Shown here: in pieces, positions 7,536-14,442 of the stretch
Layout: every line of letters begins with the position of its first letter
Numbering within the stretch: the first letter of the stretch is position 1
Origin: Rhodobacter capsulatus SB 1003
GTDB lineage: Bacteria > Pseudomonadota > Alphaproteobacteria > Rhodobacterales > Rhodobacteraceae
Assembly: GCF_000021865.1 (NCBI RefSeq)
Contig: NC_014034.1
Location: 1,200,001 to 1,232,000 of the forward strand
Direction: 5' to 3'
Length of the DNA: 32,000 nt
The notes under the pieces: model-generated
The model's input: the letters and a program-made list of their open reading frames with translations, nothing else
What the model was told of the DNA's origin: nothing
The model's database searches: none
Translations under genes and position numbers: made by a program

Positions 7536-8313
7536 CGATTTCCTGATCCGCGCGGCGCTGGGCGGCGTCGGGCTGACGCTGGCGACGGGGCCCTTGGGCT
7601 CTTTCGTGATCTGGCGGCGCATGGCCTATTTCGGCGATGCGACGGCGCATGCCGCGATTCTGGGGGTGGCGCTGGCCTATGGTTTTGGCGTCTCGGTCTA
7701 TGCGGGCACGCTTGCCGTGGCGCTGGCCATGGCGCTGACGGTGGCCAGCCTGTCCGGGCGCGGCCATGCGATGGATACGGTTCTGGGCGTGCTCGCCCAT
7801 TCGGCGCTGGCCTTCGGGCTCGTCGCGGCCTCGTTCTTTTCCGGGCTGCGGGTCGATCTGTCGGCCTTCCTGTTCGGCGACATCCTGGCGGTCAGCCGCA
7901 CCGATCTGGCGGTGATCTGGGGCGGTTCGGCGCTGGTGGCGGCGGTGCTGGCCTGGCGCTGGCAGGGGCTTTTGACCGCGACGGTGAACGAGGAACTGGC
8001 GCAGGCCTCGGGGCTTGATCCGCGGCGCGAGCGGCTGGTGCTGGTTCTGGCGCTGGCGCTGACGGTGGCGGTGGCGATCAAGATCGTCGGGGCGCTGCTG
8101 ATCGCGGCGTTGCTGATCGTGCCCGCGGCGGCGGCACGGCAACTGGCGCGCGGGCCCGAGACGATGGCGCTGGCCGCCACCGGGATCGGTGCGCTGGCGG
8201 TGCTGGGCGGGTTGCAGGCCTCGCTCGCCTTCGACACGCCTGCCGGTCCCTCGATCGTCGCGGTGGCGGCGGGGATCTTTGCGCTGACGCTTCTGCTGCG
8301 GCGCGCGGGCTAG
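7528..8313 (+). CDS. znuB: Zinc ABC transporter permease
   Basis: 262 aa, polytopic, ABC-3 type: MLDDFLIRAALGGVGLTLATGPLGSFVIWRRMAYFGDATAHAA... The start overlaps the znuC stop (ATGCTTGA). Confidence 0.9.
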   Translation: MLDDFLIRAALGGVGLTLATGPLGSFVIWRRMAYFGDATAHAAILGVALAYGFGVSVYAGTLAVALAMALTVASLSGRGHAMDTVLGVLAHSALAFGLVAASFFSGLRVDLSAFLFGDILAVSRTDLAVIWGGSALVAAVLAWRWQGLLTATVNEELAQASGLDPRRERLVLVLALALTVAVAIKIVGALLIAALLIVPAAAARQLARGPETMALAATGIGALAVLGGLQASLAFDTPAGPSIVAVAAGIFALTLLLRRAG

Positions 8314-8320
8314 GGGCGCA

Positions 8321-8337
8321 GGGGGGCAGAGCCCCCC
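8321..8337. terminator. GGGGGGC-AGA-GCCCCCC hairpin between convergent znuB and pfkB-family genes
   Basis: 7-bp G/C stem with 3-nt loop in a 42-bp convergent spacer. Same G5C-N3-GC5 architecture as hairpins at 12556, 24184 and 24281. No T-run. Confidence 0.35.
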
Positions 8338-8355
8338 TCGTCCCCGGTTTGGGTC

Positions 8356-9303
8356 TCAGATCTTTTCCAGCGACGAGGCGCGCAAGAGCCGTTTCACATC
8401 GGCCAGCGTGCAAAGGTCGGTGGCGGGTGTCATCACCGCCGCCGCCGCCGCCGCCGCGCCCCAGCGCAGCGCCTCGGGCAGGCTCAGCCCGCGGCCGAGG
8501 CTGAGGGTGAAGGCGGCGACGAAACTGTCGCCCGCGCCGACCTTGGAGACCACCTTGTCGGGAATGGCCTGCGCCACCCAGCGCTCGGTCTCGGTCGCAA
8601 GCACGTTGCCATCGGCGCCGCGGGCGACGACGACGGCGCGGGCGATGCCGCGCCGGACCAGGTCCTGCGCGAAATCGGCGCTGTCGGCGCGCGCGGGCAG
8701 GGCGCGGCCCGCCAGCTCCTCGGCTTCAAGATCATCCATCCGCAGCACGTCGACGGGCTTCGCCCCGGCGGTCAGCAGCTGGTGCAGCGCCTTGCCCGAG
8801 GTATCCAGAAAGAACCGTGCCCGGGTGCGGGCGATTTTCGTCGCCAGCCGCGCCGGAAAGTCGTCGGGCACGCCCGGCGGCTGGCTGCCCGAGAGCACGA
8901 CGATGCCGTTTTCGGGCGCCGCTTTTGCGATCCGGTCCATCACCTTGGTCACGTCGCTGGCCGACCAGGTCGGGCCGGGCATGACGAAGCGGTATTGTTC
9001 GCCCGTCGTCGCATCGGTGACGGTCAGGCTTTGCCGCGTCTCGCCGGGGGCGGGGAAGGGGGCAAGGCCGATCCCCTGTTCGGCCAGCAGATGCATGACC
9101 TTGTCGCCGGTGGGCCCGCCAAGGGCCACGAAGGCGGTGGAATGGCCGCCCAAGGCCGAGATCGCCCGGCTGACGTTCAGACCGCCGCCGCCCGGATCGG
9201 TCTCGGGGCGGGTGCAGCGCAGCTTGCGTTCGGGGGCGACCTGATCGGCGTGGATCGAAAGATCGACGGTGGGGTTCAGGGTGACGGTCAGGATGGCAGT
9301 CAT
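8356..9303 (-). CDS. PfkB-family sugar (phosphate) kinase, 1-phosphofructokinase/tagatose-6-P kinase-like
   Basis: 315 aa. N-terminal TLNPTVDLS and GGGGLNVSRA. C-terminal GAGDSFVAAF motif of the ribokinase/PfkB superfamily. Substrate cannot be read from the sequence. Confidence 0.8.
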   Translation of the reverse strand: MTAILTVTLNPTVDLSIHADQVAPERKLRCTRPETDPGGGGLNVSRAISALGGHSTAFVALGGPTGDKVMHLLAEQGIGLAPFPAPGETRQSLTVTDATTGEQYRFVMPGPTWSASDVTKVMDRIAKAAPENGIVVLSGSQPPGVPDDFPARLATKIARTRARFFLDTSGKALHQLLTAGAKPVDVLRMDDLEAEELAGRALPARADSADFAQDLVRRGIARAVVVARGADGNVLATETERWVAQAIPDKVVSKVGAGDSFVAAFTLSLGRGLSLPEALRWGAAAAAAAVMTPATDLCTLADVKRLLRASSLEKI

Positions 9304-9414
9304 GCCGGGCCTTTCTTGCGGCCCGCGCGGGGCCGGTTTCGGGTCTTTGGCGCTAACATTGCAGGTTCGCGCGCGCGGGGGAAGGGCGGAAACCGGACTT
9401 TAACGGATTGCTGG

Positions 9415-9430
9415 TGTGATCCGCGTCACA
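9415..9430. promoter_or_regulatory. Perfect CRP/FNR-superfamily-type palindrome TGTGA-TCCGCG-TCACA
   Basis: 5-6-5 inverted repeat identical to the classical CRP half-sites. It ends 17 nt upstream of the sORF ATG (9448) and begins 112 nt upstream of the divergent pfkB-family start (9303). Confidence 0.4.
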
Positions 9431-9447
9431 TCCTGAGGAGGAGAAAC

Positions 9448-9657
9448 ATGATTCCCGATCTGTCCGATCCGCGCTGGAAACGGGTTCTGACCAGCAATTC
9501 CGATCTGTCGTCGGCCTCGCTTGCCACGCGCATCCTGATCTCGCGGTTGCGCCGGGAAGTGGCGGAGGCGCCCACGGCCCTGGCCGGAAAAATCGGGGAG
9601 TTGCGGGACTTCGTGACGAAGAACCCCTTTGCCCTGTCCGATGCGGCGAAATTCTGA
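9448..9657 (+). CDS. Small hypothetical protein (69 aa)
   Basis: Strong RBS GAGGAGGAG 5-7 nt before ATG 9448. By hand count about 57 of 69 codons end in G/C. Sequence MIPDLSDPRWKRVLTSNSDLSSASLATRILISRLRREVAEAP... No family recognised. Confidence 0.65.
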   Translation: MIPDLSDPRWKRVLTSNSDLSSASLATRILISRLRREVAEAPTALAGKIGELRDFVTKNPFALSDAAKF

Positions 9658-9670
9658 ACGGAGACGACCG

Positions 9671-10660
9671 ATGAAGAACGAAATGCTCACGGTCGCGGAA
9701 GCGGCCAAACGGATCGAAGCGGGCGACGTGATGGCGATCGCGGGCGACGAATCGCTGCTGGCGCAGCTGCCGCGCGGGGCCTGGATCGGCGGCACCACCG
9801 TCTATTTCGTCACCGAGGAGGGCGGCGCGGTGGTGCGCGACAAGCTTTTCTGCACCACCTTCCCCAAGGCCAGCGGCGCCACGCCGCGCCATCTGTGGGT
9901 GGACGAGCTGCCCCGCATCGCCGAGGGCTACAGGCCCGGCGGCGTCACCATGATCATGATCCCGGCCTTTTCGGTCGCGCATTCGCAATTCGCGGTGGAC
10001 GGGCAGACCTGGCCGGGCCTGTTCGATCAGCCGCTGGCGGGCTGGATCACCGGCGTGCATCTGGATGACATCGGCAAGAAGGCGCCCAAGGTCTTCGACG
10101 GCGCCACCGGCAAGGGGCATGACGAAGGCGCGGTGCTGCTGCATGTCGCCCTGCCCGAAGGCGTCACGATCGATCTCGACATTCTCAACATCTTCGCCCA
10201 GGGCGATGACGCGAAGCTGACCTTCACTTTCACCGAGGGCGGCTTTGCGGCGAAGACCGCCAGGGTCAACGGGACCGAGGTCGATCTGGCGAGCTACATC
10301 AGCGAAAACGGCATCGACACCCGCCTGCCGCTGGTGGCGAATTATGCGGGCGCGCTGGTCAATGTCTCGATCCAGTCGGTCGATGTCGCGGCGGGCGAGG
10401 TGAAATTCTATGCCCCGGTCGTGGCCGGGGTGGAATATCGGCTGGCCAATGCGCTGGGCTCCTATGCCCAGGCCTTCGCGCAGGGCGCGGGCGAGGCCGG
10501 GTCGGGGCAGTATTCCTGCAACTGCATCCTGAACTATCTTTACGGCGAGCTGGAAGGCCAGCGCACCGGCCGGTTCACCGGCCCGGTCACCTTCGGCGAA
10601 ATCGCCTATATCCTGCTCAACCAGACGCTGGTGCGGATGGAGATCACCGACGCCGCCTGA
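9671..10660 (+). CDS. Hypothetical protein; C-terminal region resembles a FIST_C-type sensory domain (tentative)
   Basis: 329 aa, GGAG RBS 7 nt upstream, start 13 nt after the sORF stop. The C-terminus YSCNCILNYLYGELEG...GPVTFGEIAYILLNQTLV resembles my recollection of the FIST_C ending (C..R...G...GEI...HNQT). No output domain is present. Confidence 0.75.
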   Translation: MKNEMLTVAEAAKRIEAGDVMAIAGDESLLAQLPRGAWIGGTTVYFVTEEGGAVVRDKLFCTTFPKASGATPRHLWVDELPRIAEGYRPGGVTMIMIPAFSVAHSQFAVDGQTWPGLFDQPLAGWITGVHLDDIGKKAPKVFDGATGKGHDEGAVLLHVALPEGVTIDLDILNIFAQGDDAKLTFTFTEGGFAAKTARVNGTEVDLASYISENGIDTRLPLVANYAGALVNVSIQSVDVAAGEVKFYAPVVAGVEYRLANALGSYAQAFAQGAGEAGSGQYSCNCILNYLYGELEGQRTGRFTGPVTFGEIAYILLNQTLVRMEITDAA

Positions 10661-10703
10661 GCGACGCGAAAGACGGCGGGGCGGTCCGGCAGGGCGGCCC
10701 CGT

Positions 10704-11108
10704 TCATTCCCACCAGCGGTCGATGCGGGCGATATCGTCATCCGACCAGCCGAAATGATGCGCCAGCTCGTGCACGAAGACATGCGCGACCAGCGCATCG
10801 AGCGCGACATCGCCGCGCCCGACCCATTCATCGAGGATCGGACGCCGGAACAGCCAGATCACATCCGGCCCGCTGGGATCGAAGACCGATTTTTCCGTCA
10901 GCGGCACGCCCTCGTATAGCCCGGTCAGCTCGAACGGGTCTTCGATCTGCATTTCGTCGAGCACCGCCTCGGCGGCGAAATCCTCCACCCGCAGCACCAC
11001 CGCGGCGGCGGGGCCGCGGAACGCCTCGGGCAGCGCGGCCCGGGCGGCTTCGGCCATCGCCTCGATCTCGGCGAGGCTCGGTGCCTCGCGGCCTTTCCAC
11101 TGCTGCAT
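10704..11108 (-). CDS. Minimal zinc metallopeptidase-family protein (HExxH)
   Basis: 134 aa beginning MQQWKGREAPSLAEIEAMA, with FVHELAHHFGWSDDDI near the C-terminus. The rest of the 591-aa track ORF is antisense to gltX. Confidence 0.75.
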   Translation of the reverse strand: MQQWKGREAPSLAEIEAMAEAARAALPEAFRGPAAAVVLRVEDFAAEAVLDEMQIEDPFELTGLYEGVPLTEKSVFDPSGPDVIWLFRRPILDEWVGRGDVALDALVAHVFVHELAHHFGWSDDDIARIDRWWE

Positions 11109-11207
11109 CTTCACGGTTCCTTGCTTTTCGCGGGCGCGGGCTTTCCCTGCCAGATATGGACAAAAGCGCCAGCCTGTGAAAGAGCAGACCGTCAACAGGA
11201 GAGCCCG

Positions 11208-12536
11208 ATGACCGTCGTTACCCGCTTCGCCCCCTCGCCGACCGGCTATATCCATGTCGGCAACCTGCGCACCGCCCTGATGAACTACCTTGTCGCCCGC
11301 AAGGCCGGCGGCACCTTCATCCTGCGCATCGACGATACCGATCAGGAACGCTCGAAGCAGGAATATGTGGATGCGCTGAAGGCGGATCTGGAATGGCTCG
11401 GCCTGACCTGGGACCGCGAGGAACGCCAGTCGCTCCGCTTTGACCGTTACGAGGCGGCGGCGGAAAGCCTGCGGTCGGTGGGGCGGTTCTACGAATGTTT
11501 CGAAAGCCCGACGGAACTGGACCTGAAGCGCAAGAAGCTTTTGAACATGCACAGGCCCCCGGTCTATGACCGCGCGGCGCTGAAGCTGTCGGCCGAGGAC
11601 AAGGCCCGGCTGCGCGAGGAGGGCCGCGACGGCTACTGGCGCTTCCTTTTGAACCAGACCCGGATCGAATGGCATGACGGCATCATCGGCGACATTTCGA
11701 TCGACGCCGCCTCGGTCTCGGACCCGGTCTTGATCAAGGCCGACGGGCAGGTGCTGTACACCTTCGCCTCGTCCGTCGATGACATCCAGATGGGCGTGAC
11801 CCATATCGTGCGCGGCGCCGACCATGTGACGAACACCGCGACGCAGATCCAGATCATGGAAGCGCTGGGCGGCGTGCCGCCGAGCTTCGCGCACCATTCG
11901 CTGCTGACCGGCGCCAAGGGCGAGGAGCTGTCGAAACGGCTTGGCGCGCTCTCGATCCGCGATCTGCGGGCGAATGGCATCGCGCCCGAGGCGCTTTTGA
12001 GCCTGATGGCGCGGCTTGGTTCCAGCCAGCCGGTCGAGCTGCGGATGAGCCTTGACGAGATCGCCGAGGGCTTCGATCTGAGCCAGTTCGGCGCGGCGCC
12101 GACGAAATTCGACCCCGAGGATCTGATTCCGCTGACCCGCGCGCGCAACCAGCATCTGCCGTTCGAAAAGGTCGAGGAGGAGATCCGCAAGCTGGGCATT
12201 CCGCCGCATCTGGCGCGGGATTTCTGGGCCGTCGCCTCGAAGAACATCGACAAGCTTTCCGACCTGGCGCATTGGGCCGAGCTGGTGATCGAGGGCGCCG
12301 AGGCGGTGATCGACCCGGAAGACGCCGAATTCGTTGCCGCGGCGCTGGCGCTTTTGCCCGATCTGCCCTTTGCCAAGGATACCTGGGCCGTCTGGACTGC
12401 GGCGGTGAAGGACGCCACGGGCCGCAAGGGCAAGGGGCTCTTCATGCCTTTGCGCAAGGCGCTGACGGGGCAGGCGCATGGGCCCGAGATGGCCGATCTG
12501 ATGCCGCTGATGCAGAAGGTGCGCGCCAAGGCGTGA
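11208..12536 (+). CDS. gltX: Glutamate--tRNA ligase
   Basis: 442 aa. Class I HIGH region RFAPSPTGYIHVGNLRTAL and KMSKS-like ELSKRLG. AGGAGAG RBS before ATG 11208. Confidence 0.9.
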   Translation: MTVVTRFAPSPTGYIHVGNLRTALMNYLVARKAGGTFILRIDDTDQERSKQEYVDALKADLEWLGLTWDREERQSLRFDRYEAAAESLRSVGRFYECFESPTELDLKRKKLLNMHRPPVYDRAALKLSAEDKARLREEGRDGYWRFLLNQTRIEWHDGIIGDISIDAASVSDPVLIKADGQVLYTFASSVDDIQMGVTHIVRGADHVTNTATQIQIMEALGGVPPSFAHHSLLTGAKGEELSKRLGALSIRDLRANGIAPEALLSLMARLGSSQPVELRMSLDEIAEGFDLSQFGAAPTKFDPEDLIPLTRARNQHLPFEKVEEEIRKLGIPPHLARDFWAVASKNIDKLSDLAHWAELVIEGAEAVIDPEDAEFVAAALALLPDLPFAKDTWAVWTAAVKDATGRKGKGLFMPLRKALTGQAHGPEMADLMPLMQKVRAKA

Positions 12537-12555
12537 CGGCTGGGGGCTGAAGGCT

Positions 12556-12600
12556 GGGGGCGCTGCCCCCAGACCCCCGGGATATTTGTGGCAAGATGAA
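12556..12600. repeat. Intergenic repeat unit: GGGGGC-GCT-GCCCCC hairpin plus 26-mer CCCCGGGATATTTGTGGCAAGATGAA
   Basis: The 26-mer at 12575-12600 is identical to 24202-24227 and to the reverse complement of 24239-24264. Confidence 0.85.
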
Positions 12601-12601
12601 A

Positions 12602-12628
12602 GGGCCGCGGGTTTTCCGGCCCTTTTTT
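12602..12628 (+). terminator. Rho-independent terminator after gltX
   Basis: GGGCCG (12602-12607) pairs with CGGCCC (12617-12622), followed by TTTTTT (12623-12628). The flanking ATGAAA and TTTCAT can extend the stem. Confidence 0.6.
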
Positions 12629-12687
12629 CATGTCCGGGTCCGAAGGTGTCGGTTTTTTCTCGAAAGCGTCGGATTTGTTTTTCCCTC

Positions 12688-12716
12688 TTGCCAGAGTGTC
12701 GCAGGACGGGCTAGAT
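12688..12716 (+). promoter_or_regulatory. Candidate sigma-70-type promoter of the gcv leader (TTGCCA-N17-CTAGAT)
   Basis: -35-like TTGCCA 12688-12693 and -10-like CTAGAT 12711-12716 with a 17-nt spacer. This places a start site just before the riboswitch. T-rich direct repeats lie upstream. Confidence 0.35.
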
Positions 12717-12724
12717 CAGGGGCG

Positions 12725-12895
12725 TCAGGATCGGGAGACGCTGGCCGCAAGGTCAGGGCCGAAGGAGCAACCGCCCCGGTAAACTCTCAGGCAAAAGGAC
12801 CGTTCTGACAAAGAACTCTGGAGAGTGACCCCGAAACGGGTCCGCCGAAGGGATAACGATCTCAGGCGCCGACAGGCAGGGACAGGGGGGGCATC
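12725..12895 (+). promoter_or_regulatory. Tandem glycine riboswitch (two aptamers) in the gcvT leader
   Basis: Aptamer 1: GGGAGA...GCCGAAGGAGCAA...CTCAGGCAAAAGGAC (about 12729-12801). Aptamer 2: CTCTGGAGAG...CGCCGAAGGGATAA...CTCAGGCGCC...GGACAG (about 12815-12886). Both carry the conserved glycine-aptamer cores, upstream of gcvTHP. Confidence 0.85.
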
Positions 12896-12948
12896 GAGCG
12901 GGTGAAAACCCAGGGATTCGGTGCCGGGTTTCCGGCTTGGGGGATGCG

Positions 12949-14058
12949 ATGGCCGGGGATACGGGCTTGAAGCGCACGGCGCTTTGCAATCTGCATGTGG
13001 AATTGGGGGCGAAGATGGTCCCCTTTGCGGGCTGGGACATGCCCGTGCAATACCCGATGGGGGTGCTGAAAGAGCATCTGCACACCCGCGCCGCGGCCGG
13101 GCTGTTCGATGTCAGCCATATGGGGCAGGTGATCCTGCCGATCGAAGCGGTGGCGGCGCTGGAGGCGCTGGTGCCGGTCGATATCGCCGGGCTGGGTCTG
13201 AACCGGCAGCGCTATGCGATGTTCACCAATGAGGCGGGCGGGATTCTGGACGATCTGATGGTGGCGAACCGCGGCGATCATCTGTTTCTGGTCGTCAACG
13301 CCGCCTGCGCCGAGGCCGATATCGCGCATCTGCGCGCCCATGTGCCCGGTGTGACCGTGGTCGAGGGCCGCGGCCTGCTGGCGCTGCAAGGGCCACTGGC
13401 GGAAACCGCGCTGGCGCGGCTGGTGCCGGGCGTCGCCGCGATGCGCTTCATGGACAGCGCGCGCTTCGTTTGGGAGGGCGCCGATCTTTGGGTGTCGCGG
13501 TCCGGCTATACCGGCGAGGACGGCTTTGAAATTTCCGTGCCCGATGCGGTGATCGAGGGCTTTGCCCGCGCGCTGCTGGCGATGGCCGAGGTGGCACCGA
13601 TCGGCCTTGGCGCGCGCGACAGCCTGCGGCTCGAGGCCGGGATGCCGCTTTACGGCCATGACATCGACACCGAAACCACGCCGGTCGAGGCGGGGCTTTC
13701 CTGGGCGATCCAGAAGGCGCGGCGCAGCGGTGGCGCGCGCGAAGGCGGCTTTCCGGGCGCGGATCGTATCTTGCGCGAGCTGACCGAGGGGGCCGCGCGC
13801 AAACGCATCGGCCTGCGCCCCGAGGGCCGGGCGCCGATGCGCGAAGGCGTTGAAATTTATGCCGAAGCGACGGGCGGCAGCCCCATCGGCCGGGTCACTT
13901 CGGGCGGCTTTGGCCCCTCGATCGACGGGCCGATGGCGATGGCCTATCTGCCCGTGGATCTGGCCCCCGGCGCCACCGTTTACGGCGAGGTCCGCGGCAA
14001 GCGGCTGCCCGCCCGCGTCACCGACCTGCCTTTCCATCCCACCAGCTACAAGCGATAG
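12949..14058 (+). CDS. gcvT: Glycine cleavage system aminomethyltransferase (T protein)
   Basis: LKRTALCNLHVELGAKMVPFAGWDMPVQY, DVSHMGQ, SGYTGEDGFEIS. ATG 12949 chosen; in-frame TTG 12937 is possible. Confidence 0.92.
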   Translation: MAGDTGLKRTALCNLHVELGAKMVPFAGWDMPVQYPMGVLKEHLHTRAAAGLFDVSHMGQVILPIEAVAALEALVPVDIAGLGLNRQRYAMFTNEAGGILDDLMVANRGDHLFLVVNAACAEADIAHLRAHVPGVTVVEGRGLLALQGPLAETALARLVPGVAAMRFMDSARFVWEGADLWVSRSGYTGEDGFEISVPDAVIEGFARALLAMAEVAPIGLGARDSLRLEAGMPLYGHDIDTETTPVEAGLSWAIQKARRSGGAREGGFPGADRILRELTEGAARKRIGLRPEGRAPMREGVEIYAEATGGSPIGRVTSGGFGPSIDGPMAMAYLPVDLAPGATVYGEVRGKRLPARVTDLPFHPTSYKR

Positions 14059-14067
14059 GAGCCAGCA

Positions 14068-14430
14068 ATGCCGATCCGTTACACCCCCGAACACGAATGG
14101 CTGCGCATCGAGGGCGACCTTGTCGTCGTCGGCATCACCGAACATGCCAGCGAACAGCTGGGCGATGTCGTCTTTGTCGAGCTGCCCGAGGTGGGCCGCA
14201 AGGTCGAAAAGGGCGACGAGGTCTCGGTGATCGAATCGGTCAAGGCCGCTTCCGACATTCTGGCGCCGCTTGCGGGCGAGATCGTCGAAGTGAACGAGGC
14301 GCTGCCGGATACCCCGGCGCTGGTGAATGAAAAGCCGATGGAGGCCTGGTTCTTCAAGATGAAGGTCGCCGATCTGGCCGCGGTCGAGGACTACATGTCC
14401 GCGGGCGCCTATGAGGATTTCATCGGATAA
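14068..14430 (+). CDS. gcvH: Glycine cleavage system H protein
   Basis: 120 aa with the lipoyl-lysine motif IESVKAASD. AGGAG RBS. Confidence 0.95.
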   Translation: MPIRYTPEHEWLRIEGDLVVVGITEHASEQLGDVVFVELPEVGRKVEKGDEVSVIESVKAASDILAPLAGEIVEVNEALPDTPALVNEKPMEAWFFKMKVADLAAVEDYMSAGAYEDFIG

Positions 14431-14442
14431 TCGAGCAAGATC

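Noticed and set aside
10704-12479. 591-aa minus-strand ORF
   Set aside because: Only the last 134 codons (10704-11108, the HExxH protein) look real. Everything upstream is antisense to gltX.
12596-12808. 70-aa plus-strand ORF downstream of gltX
   Set aside because: It spans a terminator, a promoter-like region and the first glycine aptamer. There is no RBS and the riboswitch explains the sequence.
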